A stretch of 33,421 nucleotides of DNA from Candidatus Muiribacteriota bacterium (GTDB lineage Bacteria > Muiribacteriota > Muiribacteriia > Muiribacteriales > Muiribacteriaceae): NCBI GenBank assembly GCA_051747805.1, contig JBNJGP010000024.1, forward strand, positions 1 to 33,421, read 5' to 3'. This document shows, piece after piece, positions 17,143 through 29,981 of the stretch (the first letter of the stretch is position 1; the number at the start of each line of letters is the position of its first letter). Below the pieces are notes generated by a model that saw only the letters and a list, made by a program, of their open reading frames with translations, was not told the origin of the DNA and searched no databases. Made by a program: the position numbers and the translations under genes.

Positions 17143-18053
17143 TTTAACACTCCCTTAACAATTTTTTCAGCCTCAATAAGAGCCTGAGTTTTTTTATCAA
17201 CAATATCAGCTATCACCTTTTTAAAAAAATCCGGATTTTTTTGATTTAATTTTTCTTCAATCATCAAATATATTTTCTGCATAAGTTCATGTCTTGCCTT
17301 TAATTCATAACGATTTTTATTTACTTCCGGATTTTTAAGAACAAATTCCTTATGAGTTTTTATTTTTAAACAAAGCTCTTTTACCCCCTCGCCCTTAACT
17401 GCCTGAGTTTTCAAAATAGGAGGGGTCCATAATTTTTCATTCATCCTGATAAAATGCTCAATAATATTAAAAGTTCTTTCGGCCTCACTAATTAAATCAG
17501 CCTTGTTAACAACAAAAATATCAGCAATTTCCATTATTCCAGCCTTCATTGCCTGCATATCATCGCCGCCGGCAGGATTAAGAACAAGCACTACCGTATC
17601 TGAAAATTTAACTATATCTATTTCATCCTGGCCCACACCAACAGTTTCAATAAGAATATAGTCAAAGCCCCATTGAACAAAAGTATCTATAATATCAGAA
17701 GTCGCCGCTGAAAGTCCTCCCAGACAGTTTCTATTTGATAAACTTCTTATAAAAACGTCAGGATTTTCAGCATGCTTCTGCATACGTATTCTATCCCCGA
17801 GAATCGCGCCTGATGAAAAGAGTGATGCTGGATCAACAGCAATAACTGCAACCTTTCCAGTATGGGAATAAAATTCGATCAGTCTATTTACTAATGTACT
17901 TTTTCCGGCGCCCGGAGGACCGGTTATTCCGATAATAGAAGGTTTTTTAAGGCTTTTCGGTCTCATTTTTCTGAGTTTTTTTAAAGTAGGTATATGTTGT
18001 GATTCAACTTTAGTTATAAATTTTGAAAGCTTTCTAACATCTTTTGTTTCCAT
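17139..18053 (-). CDS. meaB: Mutase-associated GTPase chaperone MeaB/ArgK
   Basis: GPPGAGKST, AVDP, GA.LGDRIRM, ETVGVGQ, NKAD. Confidence 0.94.
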   Translation of the reverse strand: METKDVRKLSKFITKVESQHIPTLKKLRKMRPKSLKKPSIIGITGPPGAGKSTLVNRLIEFYSHTGKVAVIAVDPASLFSSGAILGDRIRMQKHAENPDVFIRSLSNRNCLGGLSAATSDIIDTFVQWGFDYILIETVGVGQDEIDIVKFSDTVVLVLNPAGGDDMQAMKAGIMEIADIFVVNKADLISEAERTFNIIEHFIRMNEKLWTPPILKTQAVKGEGVKELCLKIKTHKEFVLKNPEVNKNRYELKARHELMQKIYLMIEEKLNQKNPDFFKKVIADIVDKKTQALIEAEKIVKGVLK

Positions 18054-18445
18054 TAATTTGTATTTTCCTTAACAAAATCTATTATTTTTTTAAGTGGTGT
18101 ACCGGGAGTAAAAATTTCTGCAATTCCATGTTTTTTAAGAAATTCAATATCTTCAGAAGGAATAACTCCACCGCCAAAAACTTTAATATCATCAACTTCA
18201 TTTTCTTTAAGCAGCCCCATTATTTTTGGAAACAAAGTATTATGCGCCCCTGATAAAATTGACAACCCTATAAACTGAACATCTTCCTGAACAGCGGCAT
18301 TTACAATCTGCTGTGGAGTCTGTCTTAAACCCGTATAAATTACTTCCATTCCAGCGTCTTTAAGTGCCTGTGCAACTACTTTAGCTCCTCTGTCATGTCC
18401 ATCAAGACCGGGTTTTGCAATTAATATTCTAATTTTCTGACTCAC
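18053..18445 (-). CDS. Methylmalonyl-CoA mutase cobalamin-binding (small) subunit
   Basis: [11 protein letters not shown] (DxHxxG), SILSGAH, GGGVIP, FTPGT; GTG start. Confidence 0.95.
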   Translation of the reverse strand: MSQKIRILIAKPGLDGHDRGAKVVAQALKDAGMEVIYTGLRQTPQQIVNAAVQEDVQFIGLSILSGAHNTLFPKIMGLLKENEVDDIKVFGGGVIPSEDIEFLKKHGIAEIFTPGTPLKKIIDFVKENTN

Positions 18446-18500
18446 TTGAAGCCTCCTTTATAAACAACTGCGGATTTTTTTGCTATGGTTACAATAAAGG

Positions 18501-18529
18501 ATTATATCAATTTGAAAAAATTTTAACAA
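18501..18529 (-). promoter_or_regulatory. Sigma70-type promoter of the mutase operon
   Basis: TTGTTA-N17-TATAAT with TGn extension (TGATATAAT). Confidence 0.65.
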
Positions 18530-18545
18530 GAGTTGTTTGATTTTG

Positions 18546-18579
18546 AAAAAAAACGGGGTCAGTATAAGCCTGACCCCGT
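18546..18579 (-). terminator. Intrinsic terminator after rpoC
   Basis: ACGGGGTCAG/CTGACCCCGT 10-bp stem followed by a U-tract on the minus strand. Confidence 0.9.
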
Positions 18580-18590
18580 ATTTTATTTAT

Positions 18591-21500
18591 TTATTCTGAT
18601 TGAGTTACTTCGGCCTCTTCTACTTCTCTTTTTTCGTCTTTATGAGTAACTTTTAAATTATTAAACTTTCTCAAGCCTGTTCCACAAGGTATTAGTTTAC
18701 CAATAATCAGGTTTTCTTTAAGACCTTTCAGTCTGTCAACTTTACCTTCAATAGCTGCTTTAGTTAAAACTCTGGTTGTTTCCTGGAAGGAAGCAGCAGA
18801 AATAAAGGAATCTGTAGTTAGGGCAGCCTTAGTTATACCCTGAATAATTCTATTTCCTTCTGCCGGTTGACCGCCACGCTTTATAACTTTTTCATTTTCT
18901 TCCTCTAAATCAGTAACAGTTATAACTTCTCCGGCCATAAACCTTGTGTCTCCAGGGGTTTTAATTTTAACTTTTTTAGACATTTGAGAAACAATAATCT
19001 CAATATGTTTGTCATTTATATTAACACCCTGTTCACGATAAATCTGCTGAACTTCATCAACAAGATAACGCTGAGTAGGATTAAGACCAGCTACTTTAAG
19101 TACTTTTTTAGGGGAAATACTTCCTTCAGAAATAAAATCACCCGTCTGAACTATTTCTCCATCAGAAAGCATAATGGAAGCTGAACCCAACTGAGCTTTA
19201 GTCTGTTTTTTTTCACCGATTGAATTCTCGATAAAGAAGTTTGCTCCAGAGGCTCTTACCACACCGTCTTCATGTACCATAATTGCCTCTTTTTTTGGTT
19301 TTCTAATTTCAAGGACTTCAGTAACTCTAGGCAGACCCTGAACAATGTCCAGAGTTTTTCTTCCAGTCTGCTCAAAACGGGCAAGAATTGTTCCTTTTTT
19401 AACTTTATCAGAAACTTTAAAATACCTGTCTTTAATTTCTGATTTATTTTTATTAATAAATTCAGCTAGCTTTTTGGTTATTTTTTCGCCTTCTTTAACT
19501 ATAACTTTATCCTTTTTATCCTTAAGCTCGTTAAGCGCAATCTTACCGGAAATTCTATGAATTATAGAGTTTTTTTTGTTCAAATCAACAGTATTACAGT
19601 CAACATTAAGGTTGGCCCCCTCAAAAATCTGATGAGCCTCACCAGATTGAACTCTTATAGCCTCAACAACATTTCTTCTTTTACCTTTTTTAGTATATGA
19701 ATGTATAAGTCTTACAACTGATTCTTTTTCGTATTTATAGCTTATGAGGTTTTTTGCATCACCAACCTTTTTAAGGATTTTAACTTCCCCGTTATTATAG
19801 TTAATTTTGTAGTCTTTATCTTTTTTAAGTTTTTTGCCATCAGATTTAATTGTTTCGCTTCCTTCATAAACTGGATGATAATTAGTTACATAAACATCGT
19901 TTGAGTCAAGTATAAGTTTTTCTTCTACTTCTTCAATAAGTTTAATTTTATTATTTTTCAAAATCGCTATTACATCACCAGCAGAGACTTCCTGTCCGTT
20001 TTTAACAAGAATGTCAATATCTTCAGAAACCTTATATTTCTTTTCCATTTTTTCTACACTGGTAATAACTGTTTCGTCCTTTTTCTCTTTTTTGGAAACA
20101 TAAGGAATAAAATCAGTAATTTCTTGATTTTTCTCTACAAAATCATCCTTGCTTACTTTTAAATTAAATCCAAATGGAATTACAAATTCTTTACCGGCAA
20201 ATATAGATATTTTTTTAACAAGTTCTAACCCTGTTTCCTGGTCATATTCAGTAATATAGTTAACTTTACCTTCAATACCAGATATAAGAGCCGGAAGGGG
20301 TTTAATAATATCTGTATCTGTTTTTACTTTTTCACCATCTTCAACAAGTATTTCAACATTTTCAGGAATATAATGAAACTCTTCTTCGCTTACAATTACT
20401 ATAGAATCAAGATGAGTTGGCATTATAAGTTCCTGGCCAACTTTGGAAGCAGCCCCGCTTTTTACTTTAGGAGCAGCTCCGTAAGGAACGTTATACTCTC
20501 TTTCCTCAAAAAACTTAAGATTTTTAATATTAAGTTTTTCTTTTTCGATTCTTTCTGCAATATCTTCACTAATTTCCTGTCCTTTTTCAGCAATACATTC
20601 ACCGGTTTTGGTATTGATAACAGGTTCAATAAGTTTTCTATTAGTAATTCTGTTCTTAAACTGTTCTTTACGATTTACTGAGAATTCAACTTTGGATTGT
20701 ATTTTAATTGAAGGAACGTCAATTTTAATCTGCTTAATTTTCTCAGCATTCTTTTGAATATTTTCAAGAAGTTTTTTCTCGATAATATCACCTTTACGTC
20801 CAAGTTCTTTTTTATTAACAATAATTTTTGAATAAAGCGGTTTATTTTTAGCATATTCAAGACCGCTTTTTTCTCTTACATCAACAAGTTTAAAATCCTG
20901 TACCTCAACAGTTCCTTCTTCAATTGCAACAAGAAGTTCTCTTTTAAGAAAATCATCATTAATTCTACTACCTTTTTCAAGAACAAGCTTGCCTTCATTA
21001 TCATATATATCTTCATAAACTTCCTTGCCTTTAATTTTATCAGCAAGAATCGACTTCTGATTAAGCTTCAGATTCTTAATATTTTTAACTCTTACAACAT
21101 TAAACTTATTATCCTTACTTCTTTCAACAATACCTTCAATAGAAGGCTGAAGTCTAATAGGTTTAGTGATTTTCTTATCTTTTTCAATATGTTCTCCTGG
21201 TTTAGCAACAACCTTATCTATTGGGAACTTAATGAATTTTGGAATTTCATGCTCTTCTTCTCTTGTAATAAGAATTCTTCTTACATTTTCTGTGAATTTT
21301 GAGCTTGTTGTTTTAGTCGGTGCTATAGTCACTTTACCAGAAACATCAGAAACAAAGCCAACCTCTTTTTTCTTTTCATCAAACTTAAGAGGCATATCTT
21401 TTGAGATATGATATTCACGTTTTGTATCTTTTTTTACAGTTATATTACTTGCGCCTTCTTTATATTTTATTTTTCCATCAATTTCAGATGTTATTTCAAG

Positions 21501-24500
21501 AAGCTTATCCCCGGACTTTATGTTCGCCCCGTTAACAACTTTAAGTTGAGCACCAGATGTACTTACAGTGCCTGTAATATATTCTTTAACATTCTTTGGA
21601 AGCTTATAATCCACAGTTTTATAACCGGTATCAGGAGCTATAAATATAATACCACCGCTTGAAATAACCTTCTGATTTTTAACTTTTATATCAAAAAAGT
21701 CAACTACTCCATCAACACCGGATATAGCAGCGCCCTGATCTGAAACTGTTTCTGCAAGAATATCTCCTTCCTGAACTTCATCACCTTCAGAAATTGTAAG
21801 ATACGAACCCTGCTCAATAAAGTAAACCTCTTTTACATCTTTATTTTTTATAATTAAACGGCCTTTTTCTGATACAACAACATTATCTTTAACATCAAGG
21901 CTCTCAAATATTGCTTTACCGCTGATAGATGCCACGAGTTTTCCAGGATCATATTCAACAAGAACATCTCCAACTGCAATATGGTCATCTTCTTCAACTT
22001 TAAGAACAGAACCTGAAGGAAGATAATATTTATGACTTTTACCATCATTTGTTTTAATAGTTAAATATCCTCGTAATGCAATTCTTTTAACATCATCAAC
22101 TTCTTTATTATCTTCATTATCAATAAAAGTATTTTCGCCAACAATATTCCTTTCTGATTTCCTTGTCCAGCTGAGATGATCAAAATTAACAATTCCATCA
22201 TTTTTAGAAGTAACAACAACCCTCTGAGCTTCGGCAATTCCACCGGTATGGAAAGTTCTCATTGTCAACTGAGTTCCAGGCTCTCCGATAGACTGTGCAG
22301 CTACAATACCAACAGCCTCTCCAACCGAAACAAGTCTATTAAGCGACAAATCTTTACCATAACATAAAGCACAGCTACCATTTTTAACTTTACAAGTTAA
22401 GGCAGATCGTAGATAAACAAGAGGTTTTACTTTAATTTCAGGTATTTTAGCCTCTTTTAATTTTTGAACTACAAACTCGTCTATAACCTTATCTGGAGAA
22501 ATAATTATTTTATTGTTTTTCAAATCAACAACCTGTTCTGCAGTCGCAAGTCCAATAAGATTCTCATTAATAGGAAGCTCTACTTCGGTTTTTTCAATCT
22601 GCTTAGCCATTTCAGGTTCAACAATTGTATTTCTAGTGAATAAAACATCTTTTGTTTTTGGATGAATAATATCTTTAGCAAGCACTCTTCCTTCAAGTCT
22701 CTGAGAAATAGGAACAATAATTTCATCAATCATATTATTACTTGCAGTTCTTTTCTTTCTTAATGGAAATACCAGAAGACCCTCTTCTGTTTCACAGTCA
22801 TACTCTTTTACAACAACTTCCTGTGCTACATCAGCCAGTTTTCTTGTAAGATATCCTGAATCGGCTGTACGAAGCGCTGTATCAACAATACCTTTTCTGG
22901 CACCAAAAGTTGATATAAAGTATTCTGTTACAGACAGCCCCTCTCTGAAATTCGATGTTATTGGAAAGTCCATAATATCACCCTGAGGATTTGACATTAA
23001 CCCCCTCATAGCGGCAAGCTGTTTCATCTGCTGGAAACTTCCCCGTGCACCAGATATTGCCATCATATATACAGAATTAAAAATGCCGGCATTAACCTGT
23101 TTTGAAAAACTATTCTGAAGATCATCATTTAATTCCTGATCGGCATTCATCCATACGTCAATAGTTGCCTGTCTTTTTTCGTCATAAGTCATCTGCTTAT
23201 TATTGTATCTTTTATTAAAGTTTTCTACTTTATTTTTTGCTTTATTTAAAACATCCTGTTTTCTTGGTGGAACCAGACATTCAGATATTGAAATAGAAAC
23301 ACCTGACCTTGTTGCAAACTTAAACCCGAGCTCTTTCATTCTATCAAGCATCAATGCCGTTTCAGTCTGCCCTATAGTATTATAGGCTCTGGATATTAAT
23401 TTTGAAAGAACACCTTTATTAATCTGTTTATTAACAAACCTGAGTTCTTTTGGAAGCATCACATTAAAAATAATTCTTCCAATTGTAGTTTCAATCATCT
23501 CGCCTTCATAATAAAGAAAAACTTTTGTTTTAAGCTCTACTTTACCAGATTCATAAGCCATTACAGCCTCTTCACAGTTAGCAAAAACCTGATATTTTAA
23601 GACTTTAAGCTCTTTTAACTTTATTTTTTCGATTTTATCAATTAGTTCAGGTGTTATTTTTTCAAGTGAATCAGCCACTTCTTCCCCTGTTTTTGGGTCT
23701 TTAACGACCTGAAATGTTTTTACTGGATTTAATATTGTTCTTAGTTTTTCAGCAACCTTACCATTAGAATCTTCTTTAACTGTAACATAATCATTTGATT
23801 CAACTTCCCAGGTAAGATAATAAGTTCCAATCGTCATATCATGTGTTGGAACAGTAATTGGTTTACCACTTGATGGTGCTATAATATTTCCGGTTGACAT
23901 AAGAAGTAGTTTAGCCTCCGCCTGTGCTTCTGCAAGCAGCGGAACGTGAACTGCCATCTGGTCACCATCAAAATCTGCATTAAATGCCGAACAAACAAGA
24001 GGATGGATTCTAATAGCTTTACCCTCAACAAGTACTGGCTCAAATGCCTGAATTCCGAGTCTATGAAGAGTTGGAGCACGATTTAAAATCACAGGCTGGT
24101 TGGAAATAACCTCTTCTAAAACATCCCAGACTTCATCACTTTTATTTTCAATTATTTTTTTTGCCGACTTTATATTAAAAGCCTTTCCTTTTGCCACAAG
24201 TTTATGCATAATAAAAGGCTTAAATAGTTCAAGAGCCATATCTTTTGGAAGACCACATTGATGAAGCTTAAGTTTTGGACCAACAACAATAACAGATCTT
24301 CCAGAATAATCTACCCTTTTACCAAGAAGATTCTGTCTGAATCTTCCCTGTTTACCTTTAAGCATATCATTTAAACTTTTTAACGGCCGTTTACCTGAAG
24401 AAACAATTGCTTTTCCATGCTTCCCATTATCAATCAGAGCATTAACCGCTTCCTGAAGCATTCTTTTTTCGTTTTTAATGATAATATCTGGCGCATCAAT

Positions 24501-25319
24501 TGAAAGAAGTTTTTTTAAACGATTGTTTCTGTTAATAACTCTTCTATATAAATCATTTAAATCTGAAGTTGCAAATCTGCCACCATCCAATTGGACCATA
24601 GGCCTTAAATCAGGTGGTATAACTGGTAAAGTATCTAAAATCATCCATTCTGGTCTATTTTTTGAGTCCTTGAACATTTTAGCTATTTCAAGTCTTTTTA
24701 TTATATTTTTCTTCTGCGCAGAAGTTTCAGTTGAAAGTTTATTCTGCAACTCACCAATAAGATGGTCAAGATTCAGCTCTGAAAATAGCTCTTTTATCGC
24801 TTCTGCTCCCATGCCAGCTCTGAAAATATCTTTATATTTATCATGATATTCACGATATTCTACCTCTGTAAGCAGTTGCTTCTTAGCCAGAGGAAGTTTT
24901 CCAGGGTCAAGTACAATATACGAGTTAAAGTATAAAACTTTTTCAAGATCCCTTGGAGATATATCCAGCAGAACTGCCATATAATTAGGAGTTCCTTTTG
25001 AAAACCATATATGAGCTACAGGTGCGGCAAGTTCTATACTTCCCATTCTCTCTCTACGAACCTTAGCACGTGTTATTTCTACTCCACATCTTTCGCAAAT
25101 TATTCCTTTATATCTTATACTTTTATATTTACCGCATGTACACTGATAATCTTTAGTAGGACCAAATATTTTTTCACAGAACAAACCATCTTTTTCCGGT
25201 TTATGAGTTCTGTAATTAATTGTTTCAGGGTTTTTTACTTCCCCATATGTCCATTTTTGAACATCATCAGGTGACGCGACACTTATTTTAATAGCATTAA
25301 ATTTTTCAATATCCCACAT
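18591..25319 (-). CDS. rpoC: RNA polymerase beta' subunit, unsplit, 2242 aa with very large insertions
   Basis: Zn finger C.CGKY...[45 protein letters not shown]. Confidence 0.99.
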   Translation of the reverse strand: MWDIEKFNAIKISVASPDDVQKWTYGEVKNPETINYRTHKPEKDGLFCEKIFGPTKDYQCTCGKYKSIRYKGIICERCGVEITRAKVRRERMGSIELAAPVAHIWFSKGTPNYMAVLLDISPRDLEKVLYFNSYIVLDPGKLPLAKKQLLTEVEYREYHDKYKDIFRAGMGAEAIKELFSELNLDHLIGELQNKLSTETSAQKKNIIKRLEIAKMFKDSKNRPEWMILDTLPVIPPDLRPMVQLDGGRFATSDLNDLYRRVINRNNRLKKLLSIDAPDIIIKNEKRMLQEAVNALIDNGKHGKAIVSSGKRPLKSLNDMLKGKQGRFRQNLLGKRVDYSGRSVIVVGPKLKLHQCGLPKDMALELFKPFIMHKLVAKGKAFNIKSAKKIIENKSDEVWDVLEEVISNQPVILNRAPTLHRLGIQAFEPVLVEGKAIRIHPLVCSAFNADFDGDQMAVHVPLLAEAQAEAKLLLMSTGNIIAPSSGKPITVPTHDMTIGTYYLTWEVESNDYVTVKEDSNGKVAEKLRTILNPVKTFQVVKDPKTGEEVADSLEKITPELIDKIEKIKLKELKVLKYQVFANCEEAVMAYESGKVELKTKVFLYYEGEMIETTIGRIIFNVMLPKELRFVNKQINKGVLSKLISRAYNTIGQTETALMLDRMKELGFKFATRSGVSISISECLVPPRKQDVLNKAKNKVENFNKRYNNKQMTYDEKRQATIDVWMNADQELNDDLQNSFSKQVNAGIFNSVYMMAISGARGSFQQMKQLAAMRGLMSNPQGDIMDFPITSNFREGLSVTEYFISTFGARKGIVDTALRTADSGYLTRKLADVAQEVVVKEYDCETEEGLLVFPLRKKRTASNNMIDEIIVPISQRLEGRVLAKDIIHPKTKDVLFTRNTIVEPEMAKQIEKTEVELPINENLIGLATAEQVVDLKNNKIIISPDKVIDEFVVQKLKEAKIPEIKVKPLVYLRSALTCKVKNGSCALCYGKDLSLNRLVSVGEAVGIVAAQSIGEPGTQLTMRTFHTGGIAEAQRVVVTSKNDGIVNFDHLSWTRKSERNIVGENTFIDNEDNKEVDDVKRIALRGYLTIKTNDGKSHKYYLPSGSVLKVEEDDHIAVGDVLVEYDPGKLVASISGKAIFESLDVKDNVVVSEKGRLIIKNKDVKEVYFIEQGSYLTISEGDEVQEGDILAETVSDQGAAISGVDGVVDFFDIKVKNQKVISSGGIIFIAPDTGYKTVDYKLPKNVKEYITGTVSTSGAQLKVVNGANIKSGDKLLEITSEIDGKIKYKEGASNITVKKDTKREYHISKDMPLKFDEKKKEVGFVSDVSGKVTIAPTKTTSSKFTENVRRILITREEEHEIPKFIKFPIDKVVAKPGEHIEKDKKITKPIRLQPSIEGIVERSKDNKFNVVRVKNIKNLKLNQKSILADKIKGKEVYEDIYDNEGKLVLEKGSRINDDFLKRELLVAIEEGTVEVQDFKLVDVREKSGLEYAKNKPLYSKIIVNKKELGRKGDIIEKKLLENIQKNAEKIKQIKIDVPSIKIQSKVEFSVNRKEQFKNRITNRKLIEPVINTKTGECIAEKGQEISEDIAERIEKEKLNIKNLKFFEEREYNVPYGAAPKVKSGAASKVGQELIMPTHLDSIVIVSEEEFHYIPENVEILVEDGEKVKTDTDIIKPLPALISGIEGKVNYITEYDQETGLELVKKISIFAGKEFVIPFGFNLKVSKDDFVEKNQEITDFIPYVSKKEKKDETVITSVEKMEKKYKVSEDIDILVKNGQEVSAGDVIAILKNNKIKLIEEVEEKLILDSNDVYVTNYHPVYEGSETIKSDGKKLKKDKDYKINYNNGEVKILKKVGDAKNLISYKYEKESVVRLIHSYTKKGKRRNVVEAIRVQSGEAHQIFEGANLNVDCNTVDLNKKNSIIHRISGKIALNELKDKKDKVIVKEGEKITKKLAEFINKNKSEIKDRYFKVSDKVKKGTILARFEQTGRKTLDIVQGLPRVTEVLEIRKPKKEAIMVHEDGVVRASGANFFIENSIGEKKQTKAQLGSASIMLSDGEIVQTGDFISEGSISPKKVLKVAGLNPTQRYLVDEVQQIYREQGVNINDKHIEIIVSQMSKKVKIKTPGDTRFMAGEVITVTDLEEENEKVIKRGGQPAEGNRIIQGITKAALTTDSFISAASFQETTRVLTKAAIEGKVDRLKGLKENLIIGKLIPCGTGLRKFNNLKVTHKDEKREVEEAEVTQSE

Positions 25320-25333
25320 TATAAAATCTCCTT

Positions 25334-28300
25334 TTAAGCAATAGTTTTTGATTCAGAAGCAGTTTCTGCCCCTTCTTTTTCGCTGGTCTTTTCTGTTGAA
25401 TCTTCTTCTTTAATCAACTCAACTTTAAGACACAAACTCTGCAGTTCAGAGACAAGTACTTTAAAAGATTCAGGCACAGAGGCTTTAATTGCATTTCCGC
25501 CTTTTATAATTGTTTCATAAACCTGAACTCTTCCCTCAACATCATCTGATTTTACAGTTAGAAGTTCCTGCAGTATATGGGCAGCTCCATATGCTTCCAG
25601 AGCCCATACCTCCATTTCACCAAATCTCTGACCACCAAACTGCGCTTTACCGCCTAATGGTTGTTGAGTTACAAGTGAATATGGACCGGTTGCTCTTGCA
25701 TGAATTTTATCATCTACAAGATGGGCTAGTTTAAGCATATAGATATTTCCAATCATTACTGGATTTTCAAATTTCCTTCCGCTTCTTCCATCACTAACAT
25801 ACTGTTTACCAGTCTCATAGGTAAATATATCAGCCTCTTTTAAAGCATTATAAATTTTATCAAGATTTTCAATTTCAAGAATTTCTGGAGAATATTTTTT
25901 TAATGCTTTTTCAGTTATTTTTTTGCCTTTTCTCTGAATTTCAAAAACAGGCTCAAGATTATGCTCCAGATAAGAAGCTCCTTTAGCTTTTTTATAAATA
26001 GAAGTTAAATCTCCAGACTCCAGGGCTTTTAAAATTGTTTTTTCAGACTTTGAAGAAAGTGTTGCAATCATCACATTCTCATCTTTATCAATAATTCTGG
26101 AGTTTTTTTTCAGAATTAAATGAGCAATTGAACTTTTTGGACCATTCTCAACCGCGTTTTCAAAAAGCATTTTTCTTTCTTCATCTGTAACCATATCTAT
26201 AGCAAGCCTTGCAATTTTAACTCCTTCTTTGTTATATACTGGTATTTCAATATTTCTTACAAGATTAGCCAATACAAGGTATTTAAAAAGTTCTTTTTCT
26301 TCAATTGCATCAAAAACAGGTGTTTCACAATATGTATCAAATACATAGCCTACATAGCCAAGATATCCCTCATAAACCTGTCCAAGGTTCATCCTCGAGG
26401 GAACACCCAGCGGATTCAAAATAATATCAACAGGAGTTCCGTCCTGAAAATATGGCATATCTGCCTCAGGCAGAATATTTGCAATAACACCTTTATTACC
26501 ATGTCTTCCAGCCATTTTATCCCCTACAAGAATTTTTCTTTTCTGGGCAATATATATTCTAACCAGTTTATTTATATCATGTGGAAGCTCATCGTTATTT
26601 TCTCTAGAGAATACGTTTACCCCTATAACTGTGCCAGTCTCTCCATGCGGAACTGTATAAGAGGTGTTTCTAACGTCTCTCGCTTTTTCCCCGAAAATAG
26701 CCCTTAGAAGCTTATCCTCAACGGTTAAATCTGTTTCTCCTTTAGGGGTGATTTTTCCAACAAGAATATCACCAGCCTCTACTTCGGCCCCAACCCGAAT
26801 AATGCCATCATCATCCAGATTACTTAATAAATCCTGACTTACATTTGGAATATCACGGGTAATTTCTTCGGCTCCCAGCTTTGTATCTCTGGTTTCAATC
26901 TCATACTCTTCAACATGCATTGAAGTATATGAATCATCTTTTACAAGACGTTGTGAAAGTATAATTGCGTCCTCAAAGTTATATCCTTCCCAGGACATGA
27001 AGGCGACTGTAATATTACGACCAAGAGCAACCTCTGAAAAAGCGGTTGCAGCTCCATCAGCAATAGGTTGACCAGTTTTCAGAATATCACCTTCTTTTAC
27101 AATAGGACGTTGATTTATACAGGTAGATTGATTAGAACGCTGAAATTTATTAAGCAAATACTTATGATAAAGATATAGCTTAACACTTTCAATATTATTT
27201 TTATATAGTTTATCGGCTATACCAGGAGTAATTAACTCCTCTTTTTTTACTATGACTTTTTTCCCTTTTTTTATATCTTCAGCCGCTTTTCTATTTCTGA
27301 TAACTTTTCTTGCGGTAGTATCGGAAAGATTAATGTCTTCAGTTTTGTCAAGCCTTCGAACTTTAACATAATCAGCCGCAACCTGCTCAACCACACAGTC
27401 ATGATTTGCAACAATACCTGTTCCGGAATCAACAGCAACCCTTTTCTCAATACCTGTTCCAACATAAGGAAGCTCTGTATTCAGCAGAGGCACTGCCTGA
27501 CGCTGCATATTAGTTCCCATAAGCGCTCTGTTTGCATCATCATGTTCAAGAAACGGTATGAGTGAAGCCGCAACTGAAATCATCTGCATTGAAGAAAGCA
27601 TACAGAAATCTACTTTATCCGATTCCATAAGAGAAAATTCATGTCCAATATCTGATAAATACTTAACAGGAACCAGATTGTTTTCAAACTTGTTGTTTCT
27701 GTTTATATCAACATCAGGAGGAACAATAATAAAATCATCCTCTTCGTAGGCATCCATATATAAAATATTTTCTGTAACTTTATCATCAACAATTTCTCTA
27801 TAAGGAGTTTCAAGAAATCCATATTTATTAATTCTTGTATATACCGCAAGCGAACTTATTAAGCCGGCATTAGGTCCTTCAGGTGTTTCAATAGGACAAA
27901 GTTTGCCAAAATGTGTTGGATGAACATCTCTAACCTCATAACCTGCCCTCTCTCTTTTAACACCACCTGGGCCAAGAGCTGAAATTCTTCTTTTATGAGT
28001 AAGTTCTGCAATTGGATTCGTCTGATCCATAAACTGCGAAAGCTGACTAGTACCAAAAAAATCATCAAGCATTGATTTAATCGGTCTATTGTTGATAAAG
28101 TTCTGAGCAGTTACTCCCTGATTATCCTGAAGCGTCATTTTTTCTTTAATTTCTCTTTCCATTTTGGTCAAAGAAATTCTGAACTGATTCTGCAACATTT
28201 CACCACATCTTCTGACCCTTCTATTACCAAGATGGTCAATATCATCAAGATGACCAATACCCGAAGATAGATCAATCATATATCTTATCATAGCAATAAT

Positions 28301-29875
28301 ATCACTTTCAGCAAGCACGCGTCCTTTAGTTACCTCAATTTTATCCAGACCGCTGTTAATTATCACCTCAACAAGACCAATAGTTATTTCCTGCTCAGGG
28401 GTAATTTTAATTTTTTCACCCTCATATTCAAACATATGAGTTTTGGTAAGATGTCTACCAAGAATATATTTTTCAACTTCAATAGAATGTTCAATAACAT
28501 TCTGCTCAATTTCCCCATTATAATGTCTAAGCTCAACTATCGATTTATCAGGATAAATTACATTTTTACGCATAATATCAACTTTTTGAATTTTATGCTC
28601 TTCAAGTGCTTCAATTGCCGCGTCTGTAATTTTAGCTCCTTTTTTAAAAAGAACTTTATCAGAGCCGATTTTTATATCTTCAGCAAAAGTCATATAATCA
28701 TTTAAGAATATTGTCTCAGCATCTTTTTCAATAATTGTACTAATAACGTCGCCTTCATTATTTTTTATTTTTATTGTTTCAAGTTCCATTTCCTCAAGTT
28801 TATGTGCAGTTCTCAAATTAATATGATCGCCTTTTCTCGCTACTATTTTACCTTTTGAATCTTTTATATCTTCAGCTAGATATTTTTTAATAATTCTATC
28901 TCTTAAACGAATTTTTCTATTTAATTTATAACGACCTACATAAGAAAAATCATATCTTTTTCTGTCAAAAAATAGATTTCTCAAAAGTTGAATTGCATTT
29001 TCTGCAGCAAATGGTTCACCAGGTCGGAGTTTATGAAAAATTTCTTTTAAAGCATCTTTATAATCTTCGGCCTTATCAATTTCAAAAGTTTTATTAATAT
29101 AATGATTATCTTTAAATATTTTAATTATTTCATCTTTTTTATATCCTAAAGCTTTCAGAAAAGTGGTCACCGGTATCTTTCTTTTTCTGTCGAGCCTCAC
29201 ATTCATTAAATCTTTTATTACATCTAACTCTAGCTCAAGCCAGGCCCCACGATATGGAATTACTTTTGATGTATATGATTTTTTAGCTTTATCATATTCA
29301 AAATAAACACCAGGTGAACGGTGAAGCTGAGATACTATAACCCTTTCTGTACCATTATATATAAACGTTCCCCTTTTTGTCATAATTGGTAAATCACATA
29401 AATAAAGTGTCTGTCTTTTAATTTCGCCGGTAGATTTGTTTATAAGTTCTACAACTAATTCTAACCTGACAGCATATGTAAGTGATTTTTTCTTACTCTC
29501 AACTTCCGAGTGCTTAATCCTAAGTGGGATATCGCCGATAAATGCTATTTCACATTCTCTTTCATCATAGGTACAATCCTCAAAACGACAGACTTTACCT
29601 GCCTGTTTATTAGGACATTTTTTACACATAGGCAGCCCGAGATTATAACCTTTATACTCAAGCATTAAATTTCCAGAAAAATCTTTTATAGGAAATATTT
29701 CCAGAAAAACCTCATGTAATCCCCTTCTTTTTCTTTCTTCATGCTTCAGTTCAGGCTGAATAAACCAGTTATAAGAGCTAGTCTGTGCTTTAATAAGCTC
29801 ATAAATATCCATGATTTGTCGTCTAGAACCGAAGTTTACTTTTGTGCGATCCGCCGTTTTTTTTAATTCAGGCAT
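25334..29875 (-). CDS. rpoB: RNA polymerase beta subunit (start placed at 29875 from AGGGGG spacing; track gives 29884)
   Basis: [41 protein letters not shown]. Confidence 0.99.
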   Translation of the reverse strand: MPELKKTADRTKVNFGSRRQIMDIYELIKAQTSSYNWFIQPELKHEERKRRGLHEVFLEIFPIKDFSGNLMLEYKGYNLGLPMCKKCPNKQAGKVCRFEDCTYDERECEIAFIGDIPLRIKHSEVESKKKSLTYAVRLELVVELINKSTGEIKRQTLYLCDLPIMTKRGTFIYNGTERVIVSQLHRSPGVYFEYDKAKKSYTSKVIPYRGAWLELELDVIKDLMNVRLDRKRKIPVTTFLKALGYKKDEIIKIFKDNHYINKTFEIDKAEDYKDALKEIFHKLRPGEPFAAENAIQLLRNLFFDRKRYDFSYVGRYKLNRKIRLRDRIIKKYLAEDIKDSKGKIVARKGDHINLRTAHKLEEMELETIKIKNNEGDVISTIIEKDAETIFLNDYMTFAEDIKIGSDKVLFKKGAKITDAAIEALEEHKIQKVDIMRKNVIYPDKSIVELRHYNGEIEQNVIEHSIEVEKYILGRHLTKTHMFEYEGEKIKITPEQEITIGLVEVIINSGLDKIEVTKGRVLAESDIIAMIRYMIDLSSGIGHLDDIDHLGNRRVRRCGEMLQNQFRISLTKMEREIKEKMTLQDNQGVTAQNFINNRPIKSMLDDFFGTSQLSQFMDQTNPIAELTHKRRISALGPGGVKRERAGYEVRDVHPTHFGKLCPIETPEGPNAGLISSLAVYTRINKYGFLETPYREIVDDKVTENILYMDAYEEDDFIIVPPDVDINRNNKFENNLVPVKYLSDIGHEFSLMESDKVDFCMLSSMQMISVAASLIPFLEHDDANRALMGTNMQRQAVPLLNTELPYVGTGIEKRVAVDSGTGIVANHDCVVEQVAADYVKVRRLDKTEDINLSDTTARKVIRNRKAAEDIKKGKKVIVKKEELITPGIADKLYKNNIESVKLYLYHKYLLNKFQRSNQSTCINQRPIVKEGDILKTGQPIADGAATAFSEVALGRNITVAFMSWEGYNFEDAIILSQRLVKDDSYTSMHVEEYEIETRDTKLGAEEITRDIPNVSQDLLSNLDDDGIIRVGAEVEAGDILVGKITPKGETDLTVEDKLLRAIFGEKARDVRNTSYTVPHGETGTVIGVNVFSRENNDELPHDINKLVRIYIAQKRKILVGDKMAGRHGNKGVIANILPEADMPYFQDGTPVDIILNPLGVPSRMNLGQVYEGYLGYVGYVFDTYCETPVFDAIEEKELFKYLVLANLVRNIEIPVYNKEGVKIARLAIDMVTDEERKMLFENAVENGPKSSIAHLILKKNSRIIDKDENVMIATLSSKSEKTILKALESGDLTSIYKKAKGASYLEHNLEPVFEIQRKGKKITEKALKKYSPEILEIENLDKIYNALKEADIFTYETGKQYVSDGRSGRKFENPVMIGNIYMLKLAHLVDDKIHARATGPYSLVTQQPLGGKAQFGGQRFGEMEVWALEAYGAAHILQELLTVKSDDVEGRVQVYETIIKGGNAIKASVPESFKVLVSELQSLCLKVELIKEEDSTEKTSEKEGAETASESKTIA

Positions 29876-29942
29876 TAAGAACATCCCCCTTGAATTATTG
29901 AGATTATGTAAATACAGGACACAGGTATCCCAAAGTTAGAAA

Positions 29943-29971
29943 ATTATATCAATATGTTTTTTGAATGTCAA
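29943..29971 (-). promoter_or_regulatory. Consensus sigma70 promoter for rpoBC
   Basis: TTGACA(29971-29966)-N17-TATAAT(29948-29943) with TGn extension. Confidence 0.85.
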
Positions 29972-29981
29972 ATTTAATTTA

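Noticed and set aside
19350..22238. Intein in rpoC
   Set aside because: No C/S start, HN-C/S/T end or LAGLIDADG motifs; content is SBHM-like repeats
27960..28060. Intrinsic rifampicin-resistance substitutions in rpoB cluster I
   Set aside because: Key Q, D, H and S residues (SQFMDQ, THKRR, SALG) are wild type
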